A stretch of DNA of 64,000 nt, taken from Octopus vulgaris (Eukaryota). Made by a program: the position numbers and the translations under genes. The stretch spans positions 22,382,001-22,446,000 of the forward strand of contig OX597842.1 in NCBI GenBank assembly GCA_951406725.2. The letters are read 5' to 3'. Below, in pieces: positions 11,893 to 23,835 of the stretch. Below the pieces are notes generated by a model. The model saw only the letters and a program-made list of their open reading frames with translations. It did not search any database and was not told where the DNA came from. Within the stretch, counting starts at the first letter, position 1. Every line of letters starts with the position of its first letter.

Positions 11893-13605
11893 ATGGAAGA
11901 CGTTAAGGACTTGGACACTTCTACCACAACTGATTTTACCGATGTAGATTCAGCAACATCGATAGAGAGAGACGAGAAACCTTTATGGAGTGAACTATTT
12001 ATTAATCAAGCATCGATAATTGGAACTATTCCAAAATATTGCTGTGAGATTTGTGGGAAAACCTTCGATTCTGAACAGGATTTCTTCACGCATAAAGACG
12101 CACACAATAAGGACAAACCATTCCATTGTGAAATATGTGGGAAATATTTTGCATATAACAGTTATTTTATAAGTCATCAACGAATCCATACAGGGGAAAA
12201 GCCGTATCATTGCGAAATATGTGAGAAATCTTTCACTCAGAATTCTCACCTTGTTATCCACATACGTAGCCATACGGGGGAGAAACTATTTCGCTGTGAG
12301 ATATGTGATAAATCCTTTGTTTCCAACAGCAATTTAACAAAACATAGGCGAATCCACACGGGGGAAAAACCGTATCATTGTGAAATCTGCTTCAAGTCTT
12401 TCGTCTCAAATTGTAAATTAACCAGACACAAGCGGATTCATACGGGCGAAAGACCGTACCATTGCGAAACGTGCGGTGAATCTTTCATCTGTAGTAGTGT
12501 TTTAAACAGACATAAACGGATCCACACGGATGCCAAGCTTTTTCAGTGTGAAATCTGTGAGAAGACCTTCTTCGATCATGCTAATCTTGTCATTCACGAA
12601 CGGATCCATTCCGGAGAGAAACCGTTTGCCTGTGAAATCTGCGGGAAAGCATTCATTACTAATTCTAAGGTTACGATCCACAAACGGAGTCACACTGGGG
12701 AAAAACTGTTCCCCTGTGAAATCTGTTGGAAGTCTTTTGTCTCTAATAATGTCTTGACGAAACACAAACGAATTCATACTGGAGAAAAGAACTTCCATTG
12801 TGAAGTGTGTGCGAAAGCGTTTGGTACTAACAGTGATTTAATCAGACACAGACGAATCCACACGGGGGAGAAACCATACCACTGTGACATCTGTGGGAAA
12901 TCCTTTACTCAGAATTCTTGCCTTGTTATTCACACTCGTAGCCATTCCGGATTGAAACCGTATCACTGTGAAGTGTGCGGGAAATCTTTTGTTGATAATA
13001 GTAATCTAAACAGACACAGACAAACACACGCTAAAGAGAAAGCTTTCAACTTTAAAACTGTGGTAGAGGCTAAGCCTTTTAACCATGACACTTCGGCAGA
13101 AGCTAAGGCTTTTATCTATGGAACTTCAGCAGAACCTGAGCCTTTTAACCATGAAACTTCGGTAGAAGCTAAGCCTTTTATCTATGGAACTTCGGCAGAA
13201 CCTAAGCCTTTTAACCATGAAACTTCGGTAGAAGCTAAGGCTTTTAACTGTGAAACTTCGGTAGAGGCTAAGCCTTTTAACCGTGACACTTCGGTAGACG
13301 CTAAGCCTTTTAACTGTGGAACTTCGGTAGAAGCTAAGGCTTTTAACTCTGAAACTGTGGTAGAAGCTAAGCCTTTTAACTATAAAACTTCAGTAGAGGC
13401 TAAGGCTTTTAACTATGGAACTTCAGTAGAAGCTAAGGCTTTTAACCGTGAAACTTTGGAAGTGGCAAAGCCTTCAAAATGTGAAACTTCGGTAAAGGCT
13501 AAGCCTTTAAACTGTGAAACTTTGGAAGAGGCTAAACCATCAAACTGTGAAACTTTGGAAGAGGCTAAACCTTCAAACTGTGAAACTTCGGTAGAGGCTG
13601 TCTGA
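11893..13605 (+). CDS. C2H2 zinc-finger protein, 12 fingers plus C-terminal 11-aa repeat tail
   Basis: 570-aa ORF with 12 CxxC-x12-HxxxH fingers and TGEKP-type linkers, then ~17 repeats of EAKPFNxETSV. A TTTTTGTCTCAG acceptor lies just upstream. Confidence 0.95.
   Translation: MEDVKDLDTSTTTDFTDVDSATSIERDEKPLWSELFINQASIIGTIPKYCCEICGKTFDSEQDFFTHKDAHNKDKPFHCEICGKYFAYNSYFISHQRIHTGEKPYHCEICEKSFTQNSHLVIHIRSHTGEKLFRCEICDKSFVSNSNLTKHRRIHTGEKPYHCEICFKSFVSNCKLTRHKRIHTGERPYHCETCGESFICSSVLNRHKRIHTDAKLFQCEICEKTFFDHANLVIHERIHSGEKPFACEICGKAFITNSKVTIHKRSHTGEKLFPCEICWKSFVSNNVLTKHKRIHTGEKNFHCEVCAKAFGTNSDLIRHRRIHTGEKPYHCDICGKSFTQNSCLVIHTRSHSGLKPYHCEVCGKSFVDNSNLNRHRQTHAKEKAFNFKTVVEAKPFNHDTSAEAKAFIYGTSAEPEPFNHETSVEAKPFIYGTSAEPKPFNHETSVEAKAFNCETSVEAKPFNRDTSVDAKPFNCGTSVEAKAFNSETVVEAKPFNYKTSVEAKAFNYGTSVEAKAFNRETLEVAKPSKCETSVKAKPLNCETLEEAKPSNCETLEEAKPSNCETSVEAV
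13033..13602 (+). repeat. Coding 33-bp minisatellite (~17 copies)
   Basis: Unit GAAGCTAAGCCTTTTAACTGTGAAACTTCGGTA and variants, in frame. Confidence 0.92.
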
Positions 13606-14637
13606 TATGTTTATAAACAATGACTTCCACTACAAAATGGAAGTGACCGACCGCATTCACTCAATTTACAAATAAATCAACATTGTACAAAATGAGAACT
13701 GAGATTAATTAAACTGAGTTAATTACTATTCTATGATATATTTTATTAACACAAAACAGCACACCTTGGAATTTTTGTAGACATTTGTTGATTCTACATG
13801 TGTAGTGTAATTAAAAATTTATAAGCAAATGATAGAGTTTGTGATTATTAAAATTAATTATACTGACTTAATAATCATTTTATAGTATAAATGAAATAGA
13901 GCATCACAGTTTAGAATTTTGGCAAGCATTTGGGGATTCCAGCATAGTTTCTATGTGGTCCCTTTCATTTTGTAAAGAAGATTGTTCATATGCCTATTCG
14001 ACATCTTTATCAAACTTTTTTGTATATTTAAACTCAAGTTCACCATGCATATATTGCAGAATGTACATTGTGAATTATACTGAAAAAAAAACAAACCCCA
14101 TTGTCTTTGAATTCTTGTAATCTATGAATGTTGTCTCTTTTGGGAGAAATACTTTCATTAAAGATTTGGGAAATTCTTATTTGTGAATTATGAACTATTG
14201 TTGTTTTAATGCTCACTTTTCCATGTTGGCATGGGTTAAATGGAATTTGTTGAGACAGGTTTTCTTTGGTTGGATGCCCTCCTTGTTGCCAACCATCACA
14301 CGTTTTACATGCAAAGTAATATTTCTTCGTGGTTGGTCACGTTTCCATTGGAGATTGAAAACAAACAACACCACATGTAGAAAGATGACACCTGTCTGCA
14401 ACAAACATGTGTCAAGATGTGGAGACACATACACACACTCTCTTCCACCTTCTAAATCCACTCACAAGGTTTGGGCTGACCCAAGGTGCCACACCCTAGG
14501 ATTGAACCTAAAACCACATGGTTGGGTAGCAGACTACTTAACCATGAAACCATACCTACATTTGTGCTCTCACATACACACATGTGGTGGGCTTCTTTTC
14601 AGTTTCTGAGTTCAAATTCTGCCTCCCACCAAATTTT

Positions 14638-15058
14638 CAAAATCGAAATCGATCAACATCAATGGAAATTGCAGCTGTGATACCAGTGCCAGTGGTACGT
14701 AAGAGGACCATCCGAACGTGGCCGTTGCCAGCGTCACCCCGACTGGCCCTGTGCCGGTGGCACGTAAAAAGCACCATCCAATTGTGGCCGTTGCCAGTCT
14801 CACCTCGCCCCCGTGCCGGTGGCACATAAAAAGCACCATCTGATCGTGGCCGTTTGCCAGCCTCGTCTGGCACCTGTGCCGGTAGCACGTAAAAAGCACC
14901 CATTACACTCACGGAGTGGTTGGCGTTAGGAAGGGCATCCAGCTGTAGAAACATTGCCAAATCAGACTGGGCCTGGTGCCGCCTTCTGGCTTCCCAGACC
15001 CCAGTTGAACAGTCCAACCCATGCTAGCATAGAAAGCAGACGCTAAACGATGATGATG
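14638..15058 (+). mobile_element. SINE-like family D copy
   Basis: GTGGCACGTAAAAAGCACC internal repeats, AGGAAGGGCATCCAGCTGTAGAAAC, (GAT)n tail. Confidence 0.8.
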
Positions 15059-15384
15059 TGTCTGTACTCCCTACCCAATCCACTCACAAGGCTCGGGTGG
15101 GCCTGGCTCTACAGCCAAAGGTATTCAGTGTGCCATTCAGCAGGACTGAACCCCAGATCACAGGGTAACTGAGCAATCTTCTTAACCACACAGCCCTGCC
15201 TGTCTTAAATATAAGCAAATACTGTATCTACAGGAGGGAAGTAGTGACAGGGTTTGTTGAAAACCTTGCAACCAGAAATAAAAAGGAAAGATGGGCCTTA
15301 ATGAATCAATGCAAGGAAACTGACAGCTGTATGGTTAACAAGCTTGCTTCCCAACCATCAGATATCAGGTTCAGTCCGATTCTC

Positions 15385-16768
15385 GTGTGTTTATGTCCCC
15401 GTAACTTAGCAGTTTGGCAAAAGAGACCGTGGGCAAATGTCTTCTACTATAGCCTCGGACCGACCAAGGCCTCCTGAGTGGATTTGGTAGACGGAAACTG
15501 AAAGAAGCCCGTCATATTTATGTATATATATATATATATATATGTGTGTGTTTGTGTCTGTCCCCTCAACATCGCTTGAGAACCGATGCTGGTGTGTTTA
15601 CATCCCCCGTAACTTAGCGGTTTGGCAAAAGAGACCGTGGGCAAGTGTCTTCTACTATAGCCTCGGGCTGACCAAGGCCTTCTGAGTGGATTTGGTTGAC
15701 GGAAACTGAAAGAAGCCTGTCGTATATATGTATATATATATATATATATATGTGTGTGTTTGTGTCTGTCCCCTCAACATCGCTTGAGAACCGATGCTGG
15801 TGTGTTTACATCCCCGTAACTTAGCGGTTTGGCAAAAGAGACCGTGGGCAATGTCTTCTACTATAGCCTCGGGCCGATAAGGCCTTCTGAGTGGATTTGG
15901 TAGAGACGGAAACTGAAAGAAGCCCGTCGTATATATGTATATATATATATATGTGTGTGTTTGTGTCTGTCCCCTCAACATCGCTTGAGAACCGATGCTG
16001 GTGTGTTTACATCCCCCGTAACTTAGCGGTTTGGCAAAAGAGACCATGGGCAAGTGTCTTCTACTATAGCCTCGGGCCGACCAAGGCCTTCTGAGTGGAT
16101 TTGGTAGACGGAAACTGAAAGAAGCCCGTCATATTTATGTATATATATATATATATATGTGTGTGTTTGTGTCTGTCCCCTCAACATCGCTTGAGAACCG
16201 ATGCTGGTGTGTTTACATCCCCCGTAACTTAGCGGTTTGGCAAAAGAGACCGTGGGCAAGTGTCTTCTACTATAGCCTCGGGCTGACCAAGGCCTTCTGA
16301 GTGGATTTGGTTGACGGAAACTGAAAGAAGCCTGTCGTATATATGTATATATATATATATATGTGTGTGTTTGTGTCTGTCCCCTCAACATCGCTTGAGA
16401 ACCGATGCTGGTGTGTTTACATCCCCGTAACTTAGCGGTTTGGCAAAAGAGACCGTGGGCAAGTGTCTTCTACTATAGCCTCGGGCTGACCAAGGCCTTC
16501 TGAGTGGATTTGGTTGACGGAAACTGAAAGAAGCCCGTCGTATATATGTATATAAATTTATATATATATGTGTGTGTTTATGTCTGTCCCCTCAACATCG
16601 CTTGACAACCGATGCTGGTGTGTTTACGTCACATTAGCAGTTCAGCAAAAGAGACCGATAGAACAAGTACCAGTCTTACAAAGAATAAGTCCTGGGATCG
16701 ATTTGCTTGACTAAAGGCAGTGCTCCAGCATGGCCACAGTCACGTGACTGAAACAAGTAAAAGAGTAA
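15385..16768 (+). repeat. Tandem array of six ~205-bp internal segments of SINE family A ending in a normal SINE 3' tail
   Basis: TTGGCAAAAGAGACCRTGGGCAA junction at ~15414, 15622, 15829, 16031, 16237 and 16440; each unit carries its own (TA)n. Confidence 0.92.
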
Positions 16769-16995
16769 CAAAAGGACAAAATTAATGAAAATGGTTTGGA
16801 CAGGTAAAAAGAGGATAAGCAGGTGTCTGGAAAAAAATAATTAACTTGAAATTTTGATGGTAATTAGATCACGTTAACCCTTTTGTTATATTTCTGTTGA
16901 AATGCAATGCCTTGGTTTCAATTAATTCTGAAAATAATTTAGCAAAGTAAACTGTCATTATTAACACTTTGCTTATCTTGTGCATGCTATATAGT

Positions 16996-17410
16996 AGAGC
17001 TGGCAGAATCGTTAGCACGCCGGGCGAAATGTGTAGCTGTATTTCGTCTGCCGTTAGGTTCTGAGTTCAAATTCCGCCAAGGTCGACTTTGCCTTTCATC
17101 CTTTCGGGTTCGATAAATTAAGTACCATTTACGCACTGGGGTCGATGTAATCGACTTAATCCCTTTGTCTGTCCTTATTTGTCCTCTCTGTGTTTAGCCC
17201 CTTGCGGGTAATAAAGAAATAGGTATATCGTCTGCCGCTACGTTCTGAGTTCAAATTCCGCCGAGGTCGACTTTGCCTTTCATCCTTTCGGGGTCGATAA
17301 ATTAAGTATCAGTTATACGCTGGGGTCGATGTAATCGACTTAATCCCTTTGTCTGTCCTTATTTGTCCTCTCTGTATTTAGCCCCTTGTGGATAGTAAAG
17401 AAATAGGTAT
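16996..17410 (+). mobile_element. SINE family B (partial dimer)
   Basis: GAGCTGGCAGAATCGTTAGC head, B-box-like GAGTTCAAATTCC, central GTCGACTTTGCCTTTCATCCTTTCGGGGTCGATAAATTAAGTACC, tail AAAGAAATAGGTAT. Confidence 0.85.
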
Positions 17411-17716
17411 ATAGTACACAAAACACTTTTCCCTGGCGTCTACGTGTTCACACATAAACGATACATCAAAGAGGCCAGGGAACAGAAGAAAGAAGAGATG
17501 CACCCAACACCAGAGCTGAAGACACCTCCGAAAGGTAGGGCCCCGCCACGTCAAAACGGTAGAGGAGTAGGGGCCGAAACCAGACGTGGTTCCTCCTGAT
17601 GTTGTCTTGAGCCAACTCGATCCTATAAAGGAGCGGTTGTGGTAGCAGACCATGAAACACGGTTGTAATTCCTCCAATCCTAGTTACAAAAAATTATTTT
17701 TTAAATCTGTAGTTCA

Positions 17717-18192
17717 ATGGCATATTTCGGTCATATTATGCGGAGAGAATCCCTGGAGAAGGACATCATGCTCGGAATAGTAAGTGGCAAGAGAGGAAGA
17801 GGCCGACCAAGAACCCGCTGGCTTTACACCATCAAGAGTGATACCTATTTCTTTACTACCCACAAGGGGCTAAACACAGAGAGGACAAACAAGGACAGAC
17901 AAACGGATTAAGTCGATTACATCGACCCCAGTGTGTAACTGGTACTTATTTAATCGACCCCGAAAGGATGAAAGGCAAAGTCGACCTCGGCGGAATTTGA
18001 ACTCATAACGTAACGGCAGACGAAATGCGGCTATGCATTTCGCTCGGCGTGCTAACGTTTCTGCCAGCTCGCCGCCTTAAAGAGTGATACCGCAATGGAC
18101 ATAGCCAATCTGAAGGAAGCGGCCAAGGATAGAACTGACTGGAGGACACCGATTCAACAAGTGACCGAGAGTCGACTTCGACTGAGCGGATA
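17717..18192 (+). mobile_element. RTE-clade LINE ORF2 3' fragment, split by a SINE
   Basis: YFGHIMRRESLEKDIMLGIVSGKRGRGRPRTRW is typical of the RTE/BovB ORF2 C-terminus. An uninterrupted paralogue lies at 53245-53475 (-). Confidence 0.85.
17846..18079 (-). mobile_element. SINE family B full copy with 12-bp TSD
   Basis: AAGAGTGATACC at 17834-17845 and 18080-18091. Confidence 0.9.
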
Positions 18193-18313
18193 GAGGGTTC
18201 AAAATGTAAAGATCCTGAAAACATTTACTTTACACCCCGTACATCTATTTTAATCAGGGCGTAAATCTTTTCAACAAATAAAGCTATTCATTGTAATATT
18301 TTCCTGGCACTTA

Positions 18314-18840
18314 TACTCTTTACTCTTTTACTTGTTTCAGTCATTTGACTGCGGCCATGCTGGAGTACTGCCTTTAGTTGAGCAACTCGACCCCGGAACT
18401 TATTCTTTGTAAGCCTAGGACTTATTCTATCGGTCTCTTTTGCTGAACCGCTAAGTAACAGGGACATAAACACACCAGCATCGGTTGTCAAGCAATGCTA
18501 GGGGGACAAACATATACACACACATACATATATGTATATTTATACATATATGCGACAGGCTTCTTTCAGTTTCCGTCTACCAAATCCACTCACAAGGCAT
18601 TGGTCGGCTCGAGGCTATAGTAGAAGACACTTGCCCAAGGTGCCACGCAGTGGGACTGAACCCGGAACCATGTGGTTGGGAAGCAAGCTACTTACCACAC
18701 AGCCACTCCTGCGCCTATCTATCTATCTATCTATCTATATATATATATATACAATGGGCTTCTTTCAGTTTTTGTCTACCAAATCCACTCTGGTCGTGAC
18801 ACCTTGGGCAAGCTACTTACCACACAGTCACTCCTGGGCT
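18314..18840 (-). mobile_element. SINE family A plus extra truncated head
   Basis: Family A consensus. Confidence 0.85.
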
Positions 18841-19009
18841 TATGTTTCTTATTTAATATCTCCTCCAGTCCCATTGTCACCAAATGTATTCAGTGTGTAA
18901 TTGTATTCATTTATTCAAGCGTGAAATTCGTTTGCAATTTTATTGCCTGAAAAGTCCAATTCAATTCAGTAACTATGAGTAAGCAAATCATATAACCTTG
19001 AAAAACAAT

Positions 19010-19432
19010 ATGACACACACACACATACTTATATTTACATGCACATACATGTTTGCATATACACAGATACACACACACACACATATATATATATATACAA
19101 ATATATAAATATACATATATATCTATATATATATACACATATATATATTTATATATACACACTCAGATACACACACACATATATATATACATACATTCAT
19201 ATATATATATACACACACATATATGCATATATATATATATATATTTCTTATTATACACATATGCATGGCCACAGCTCGTGAGCTGAAACTAGATAAAATA
19301 AAATTTAAAAAAATATATATATATATGTGTATGTGAGTGTGTATACATATATATAGATATATATATAAATATATATGTATATTTATATATATACTTATAT
19401 ATAAGTATATATTTATATATATATACATGTAT

Positions 19433-19465
<33 letters not shown>

Positions 19466-19511
19466 GACACATATATATATGTATACATAGTTTCTGCTCG
19501 CTGGGGCATGC

Positions 19512-19560
<49 letters not shown>

Positions 19561-19830
19561 TATATATGTGTATGTATATGTGTGTATATATTATGTATGT
19601 ATATATGTGTGTGTGTATATATATATGGGTGTGTGTGTATATATATAGATATATATGTATATTTATATATTTGTATATATATATGTGTGTGTGTACGTGC
19701 GTATATGCATGCATGTGCATGTAAATATATGTATATGTGTGTGTCACATGTTATTTATATATATACATATATACATAGATATATATAGAGCGACATATAC
19801 ATACACACACATATATATATATATGCATAT
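19010..19830. repeat. Compound (CA)/(TA)/(TG) microsatellite field with inverted arms
   Basis: Dinucleotide low-complexity tract; ~19011-19070 is reverse-complementary to ~19690-19747. Confidence 0.9.
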
Positions 19831-20283
19831 CACGTGACCGACCAGACCATCAGATGTTTTACACATCGCCGGTCACAATGCGTTCGCTGGCTAAGCGAGC
19901 AGGCCAACAGAAGAAAAAGAGAGAAAGAGTACAGCAGGGATCACCACCCCCTGCACGCGCCCACGCAGACCAGTCTGCGCATGTCATCGTTCTTCTGCCT
20001 TCCACACCAATTCAGACCACACCCGTAGAAGAAATGGTTTCGTCCAACTCCTGCTCTCGCAAAAGTTCCGAAAAACTGTCCCTCATCCCGAAGTATAGAA
20101 ATAGAAGGTAAAACTGAAACTTGGTTTTCTTTTTCTTTTCACTTTGTTCCTGTTTTATACAACCATTTCCTTATATAATGCTTACGATAAGGTGGCGAAC
20201 TTAATCCGTTTGTCTGTCCTTGTCTGTCCCCTTTGTGTTTAGCCCCTTGTGGGTAGTTAAGAAATATATATAATGTTTACGAT

Positions 20284-20585
20284 AAGGTGGCGAACTCGCA
20301 GAAACGTTAGCACGCCGGGCGAAATGCGTAGCCGTATTTCGTCTGCCGTTACGTTCTGAGTTCAAATTCCGCCGAGGTCGACTTTGCCTTTCATCCTTTC
20401 AGGGTCGATAAATTAAGTACCTGTTACGCAGAGGGGTCGATGTCATCGACTTAATCCGTTTGTCTGTCCTTGTTTGTCCTCTCTGTGTTTAGCCCCTTGT
20501 GGATAGTAAAGAAATAGGTATTTCGTCTGCCGCTACGTTCTGAGTTCAACCTTGTTTGTCCCCTCTGTGGATAGTAAAGAAATAT
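20284..20585 (+). mobile_element. SINE family B
   Basis: Family B consensus flanked by repeated TATAATGTTTACGA. Confidence 0.85.
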
Positions 20586-20595
20586 ATAATGTTTA

Positions 20596-20807
20596 CGAGG
20601 GGTGCAGAAAAGTTCCTGGCTTTGGGTAAAAGGAAATGCGCGAGGATCAGTTAATGATGATTCAATTCAACATGTTCCCCTCTCAGATTCACATAATAAC
20701 TGCAGTGGTCCTTCAGTTTTTCTAAGTTCTATAAAAGAACACGGAACGTTAAGCCTCAAACGAGGCCTTTGACAACCCTTAAATAAAGGAAATTTTCTGC
20801 ACCCCTG
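20596..20807. mobile_element. Mariner-like MITE (~210 bp)
   Basis: TA-CGAGGGGTGCAGAAAAGTTCC ... GGAAATTTTCTGCACCCC inverted ends; related copies at 40236-40448 and 44818-44919. Confidence 0.75.
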
Positions 20808-21227
20808 TGGATTCCGATAGAATCATGTACTTAAAAGATATGCACTGGTAGAGTTAAGAGTGAAGGTGAATAATATGCGCGCTCAGTATTTAAGGTTAGG
20901 GTTTCGCCGAAAACGGGTGGTGTGCGTATTCTTTACCTCCGCCAGGGTTGAGTAATGTCTGAGGTTTCGGTCAATGGCTGGTTGGAGTCAAGATATTAGG
21001 TAGTATATCTCGACTTTACACACAGAGAAAAACTAACCCTACGAGTATTTAGCGCCCGAGGGGCTTGCCCACCTTACACCTTACTTTAAATAATACGTTG
21101 TGGGTATAGGGCAGTTTCCAGAAGAAAAAAAAAAGTAATATAAAATGCTTATGTATTTGTATTATTTGTTTATAAAATAAATATAAGATTTTAAAATGTC
21201 AGCTTTTATTATATTCGTTATATATAT

Positions 21228-21447
21228 TGTGAGGTATACTAGCCATCTAAATATGGCTAACCACTAAGGGTGGGTGTTACTGTAGCTTGTAGCCCCAGGA
21301 GAACATCGTCTCCAGCTGGCTTTAGGCACACTTTCTGTGCCCTTATGCCTAAAGCCAGCTGGAGACGATGTTCTCCTGGGGCTACAAGCTACAGTGACAT
21401 CCACCCTTAGTGGTCAGTCATATTGAGATAACAAATATACCTCACAT
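21228..21447. mobile_element. Penelope-like terminal repeat in inverted (hairpin) arrangement
   Basis: Same sequence as 3308-3420 followed by its reverse complement (...CAGCTGGCTTTAGGCA / TGCCTAAAGCCAGCTG...). Confidence 0.7.
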
Positions 21448-22044
21448 TGTCGTGCTGTTACTGTTTATACCTCGTCCAGAGATTTATTATTGATTATATA
21501 TATTATTACCGGTATAAATTAATATTACTAAGAAATATTACCAATCCCTGGCATATTGGGGGGAAAAAAGGAACTGCCTCTAGATAGTTTAGGAAGCACT
21601 ATTCTAGGGTGTCCTAACAGGTTTTAGATTCCAATTGGTGAAAAGGTCACAGCCATCTTGGGTTTTTTTCATTTACTTCGATTGTACATATAACACAGGA
21701 TTCTTTCAGTTTCCGTCTTCCAAATCCACTCTCAGGCTTTCGTCGACTCGGGACTATAGCAGAAAATACTTGCCCAAGGTGCCACCCTGTGGGACTGAGG
21801 CAGGACCGTGTTGTTGGAAAGCAAGGGTCTTACCACAGGGCCACGCCCTTGTATTAAACGATTTCAAAATATCACTGTTTGATTTGACCTCATTATTAAA
21901 AGGCGGCAAGTTAGCAGAAACGTTAGGGCGCAGGGCAAAATTCTGAGCGCCATTTCGTCTGTTTTTACGTTTTGAGTTCAAATGCTGCCGGAGGTTTCTT
22001 AGCCTCTCATTGTTCTAGTGTTGTTGAAATAAGTACTAGTTAAT

Positions 22045-22278
22045 ACTTATTTCTTTACGACCCACAAGGGGCTAAACACAGAGAGGACAAACAAGGACAG
22101 ACAAACGGATTAAGTCGATTATCTCGACCCCAGTGCGTAACTGGTACTTAATTTATCGATCCCGAAAGGAAGACAGGCAAAGTCGACCTCGGCGGAATTT
22201 GAACTCAGAACGCAACGGCAGACGAAATACGGCTACGCATTTCGCCCGGCGTGCTAACGTTTCTGCCAGCTCGCCGCC
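22045..22278 (-). mobile_element. SINE family B
   Basis: Reverse complement of family B consensus; another partial copy at 22603-22775. Confidence 0.85.
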
Positions 22279-22302
22279 TCTTTGCCAGGGGCAATATAAT
22301 CG

Positions 22303-22587
22303 AGGTCCCGTCCCGGTGGGTGCACACACGCAGTCGTGCCTCCGCGCTAGCTAGTCGTGACTAGTCGACCCTACAACGGCTACCTAGCAAAGTAAATAAA
22401 ACACAAAATAAATAATTTTTTTACACAAAGCAAATAATTTTTGTTAAACAAAGTAAATAAAACACAAAAACACGAAGTAAATAATTTTTTAATTAAAGTA
22501 AATAAAACGCAAAAACAAAGTAAGGATCGACTAGTCATGACTAGCTGGGTGCGGATGCACGAGTACGCGAGAGCGCGCACCGGGACC
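22303..22587. mobile_element. MITE with CpG-rich ~65-bp TIRs (same family as 49812-51111)
   Basis: GTCCCGGTG...GCTAGCTAGTCGTGACTAGTCGACCCTAC versus GGATCGACTAGTCATGACTAGCT...GCGCGCACCGGGACC; AT-rich AAAGTAAATAAAAC repeats inside. Confidence 0.7.
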
Positions 22588-23207
22588 ACTGTTCGCTAGT
22601 AGTACCTATTTCTTTATTACCCACAAGGGGCTACACACAGAGGGGACAAACAAGGACAGACATAGTTATTAAGTCGATTACATCAACCCAGTGCGTAACT
22701 GGTACTTATTTAATCGACCCCGAAAGGATGAAAGGCAAAGTCGACCTCGGCGGAATTTGAACTCAGAACGTAGCGCTAGTATTACCTATAATCTCCTCCC
22801 TGAAATTGCTGATCTTGTGCCAAAATTTTAAACCAGTATTACAACGGCCACATTTCGTTTTGTAGTGTGGCCAAATGGCGGATGTGCGCACAATGAGTCC
22901 CACCCATTTGACTGACCTTTCCGGATTTGGTTTTTATCCGGATTCCTATGCTTTCGAAGACGGTGATTCCGTCATCGAAAAACCATGTTTTCAAAATTTT
23001 TAACCCCGCAATTTTTTATTTTAAACTTTTTTTCGAAATCTTTTTTTCAATCTACGTGAAAAAATACGGAGATTAAAAATATGGGAGGGGATGGGGAAAA
23101 TAAATTTTGGCGATCCTTCGGTATAAGTACCGTAAGTGGCTTAGTTTACATTTCTGAAGATAACAGAAACCCTTTTCTCCTAAACTTATCACAAACCCTA
23201 ACCCTAA

Positions 23208-23835
23208 CCTTTTCCTTTTGAATGGCAGACAATTTCTAGTTAACTAAACACTTTAAAACTTCGTATACTGGTAGAATGTGTCAAAATAAAACATTTTTTT
23301 TTGTCTTGGCTCTCTTGAGAAAATTGTAATTTGTTTGTTTAACATAGTTTAATTTTTCGAATTTAAACCAATCCTATGGCCTCTTTTGAGCTAAAATCAT
23401 TTGCTGCGTCTAAAACTGAGACAACATCCTGTAACTAACCCTAAACCTCCCCCTAACCCTAAATTTTTTTTCTTAATTGTTAACTTAATCCAATTGTTAC
23501 GCGTGTAAAAAAATCTAAAGCAATGGAATTAAATTAATTTAACAATTAAGAAAAAAAAATTTAGGGTTAGGGTTAGGGGGAGGATTAGGGTTAGTTACAG
23601 GATGTTGTCTCAGTTTTAGACGCAGCAAATGATTTTAGTTGAATGGAGGTAATCGATTGGTTAAAATTACCGAAATGCTCAGATTTTCAGACGAAATATC
23701 AAACAAACTATAGAATTTTCTCAAAGCCAAGAGAAAAAGATGTTTTATAAACACATTCTACCAGTATACGAAGTTTAAAAGTGTTTAGTTAACTAGAAAT
23801 TGTGTTGACATCTGCCGTTCAAAAGGAAAAGATCC
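23208..23835. mobile_element. Foldback element with ~275-bp imperfect TIRs containing TTAGGG/CCCTAA repeats
   Basis: CTTTTCCTTTTGAATGGCAGA...TAACCCTAAATTTTTTTTCTTAATTGTTAA versus TTAACAATTAAGAAAAAAAAATTTAGGGTTAGGG...TCTGCCGTTCAAAAGGAAAAGATCC. Confidence 0.85.

Noticed and set aside
17411-17690. GC-richer segment with ORFs 17378-17677 and 17466-17660, duplicated at 53510-53780
   Set aside because: No recognisable domain, and the longer ORF is not preserved in the paralogue; probably a decayed retroelement fragment, left unclassified.
18911-19837. Many ORFs rich in Y/I/H/T/C/V
   Set aside because: Translations of (TA)n/(CA)n/(TG)n microsatellites.
20876-21110. CpG-containing unique segment with GTTTCG motifs, considered as ribozyme or exon
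   Set aside because: No CUGANGA core on either strand and only a weak donor; could not be supported.
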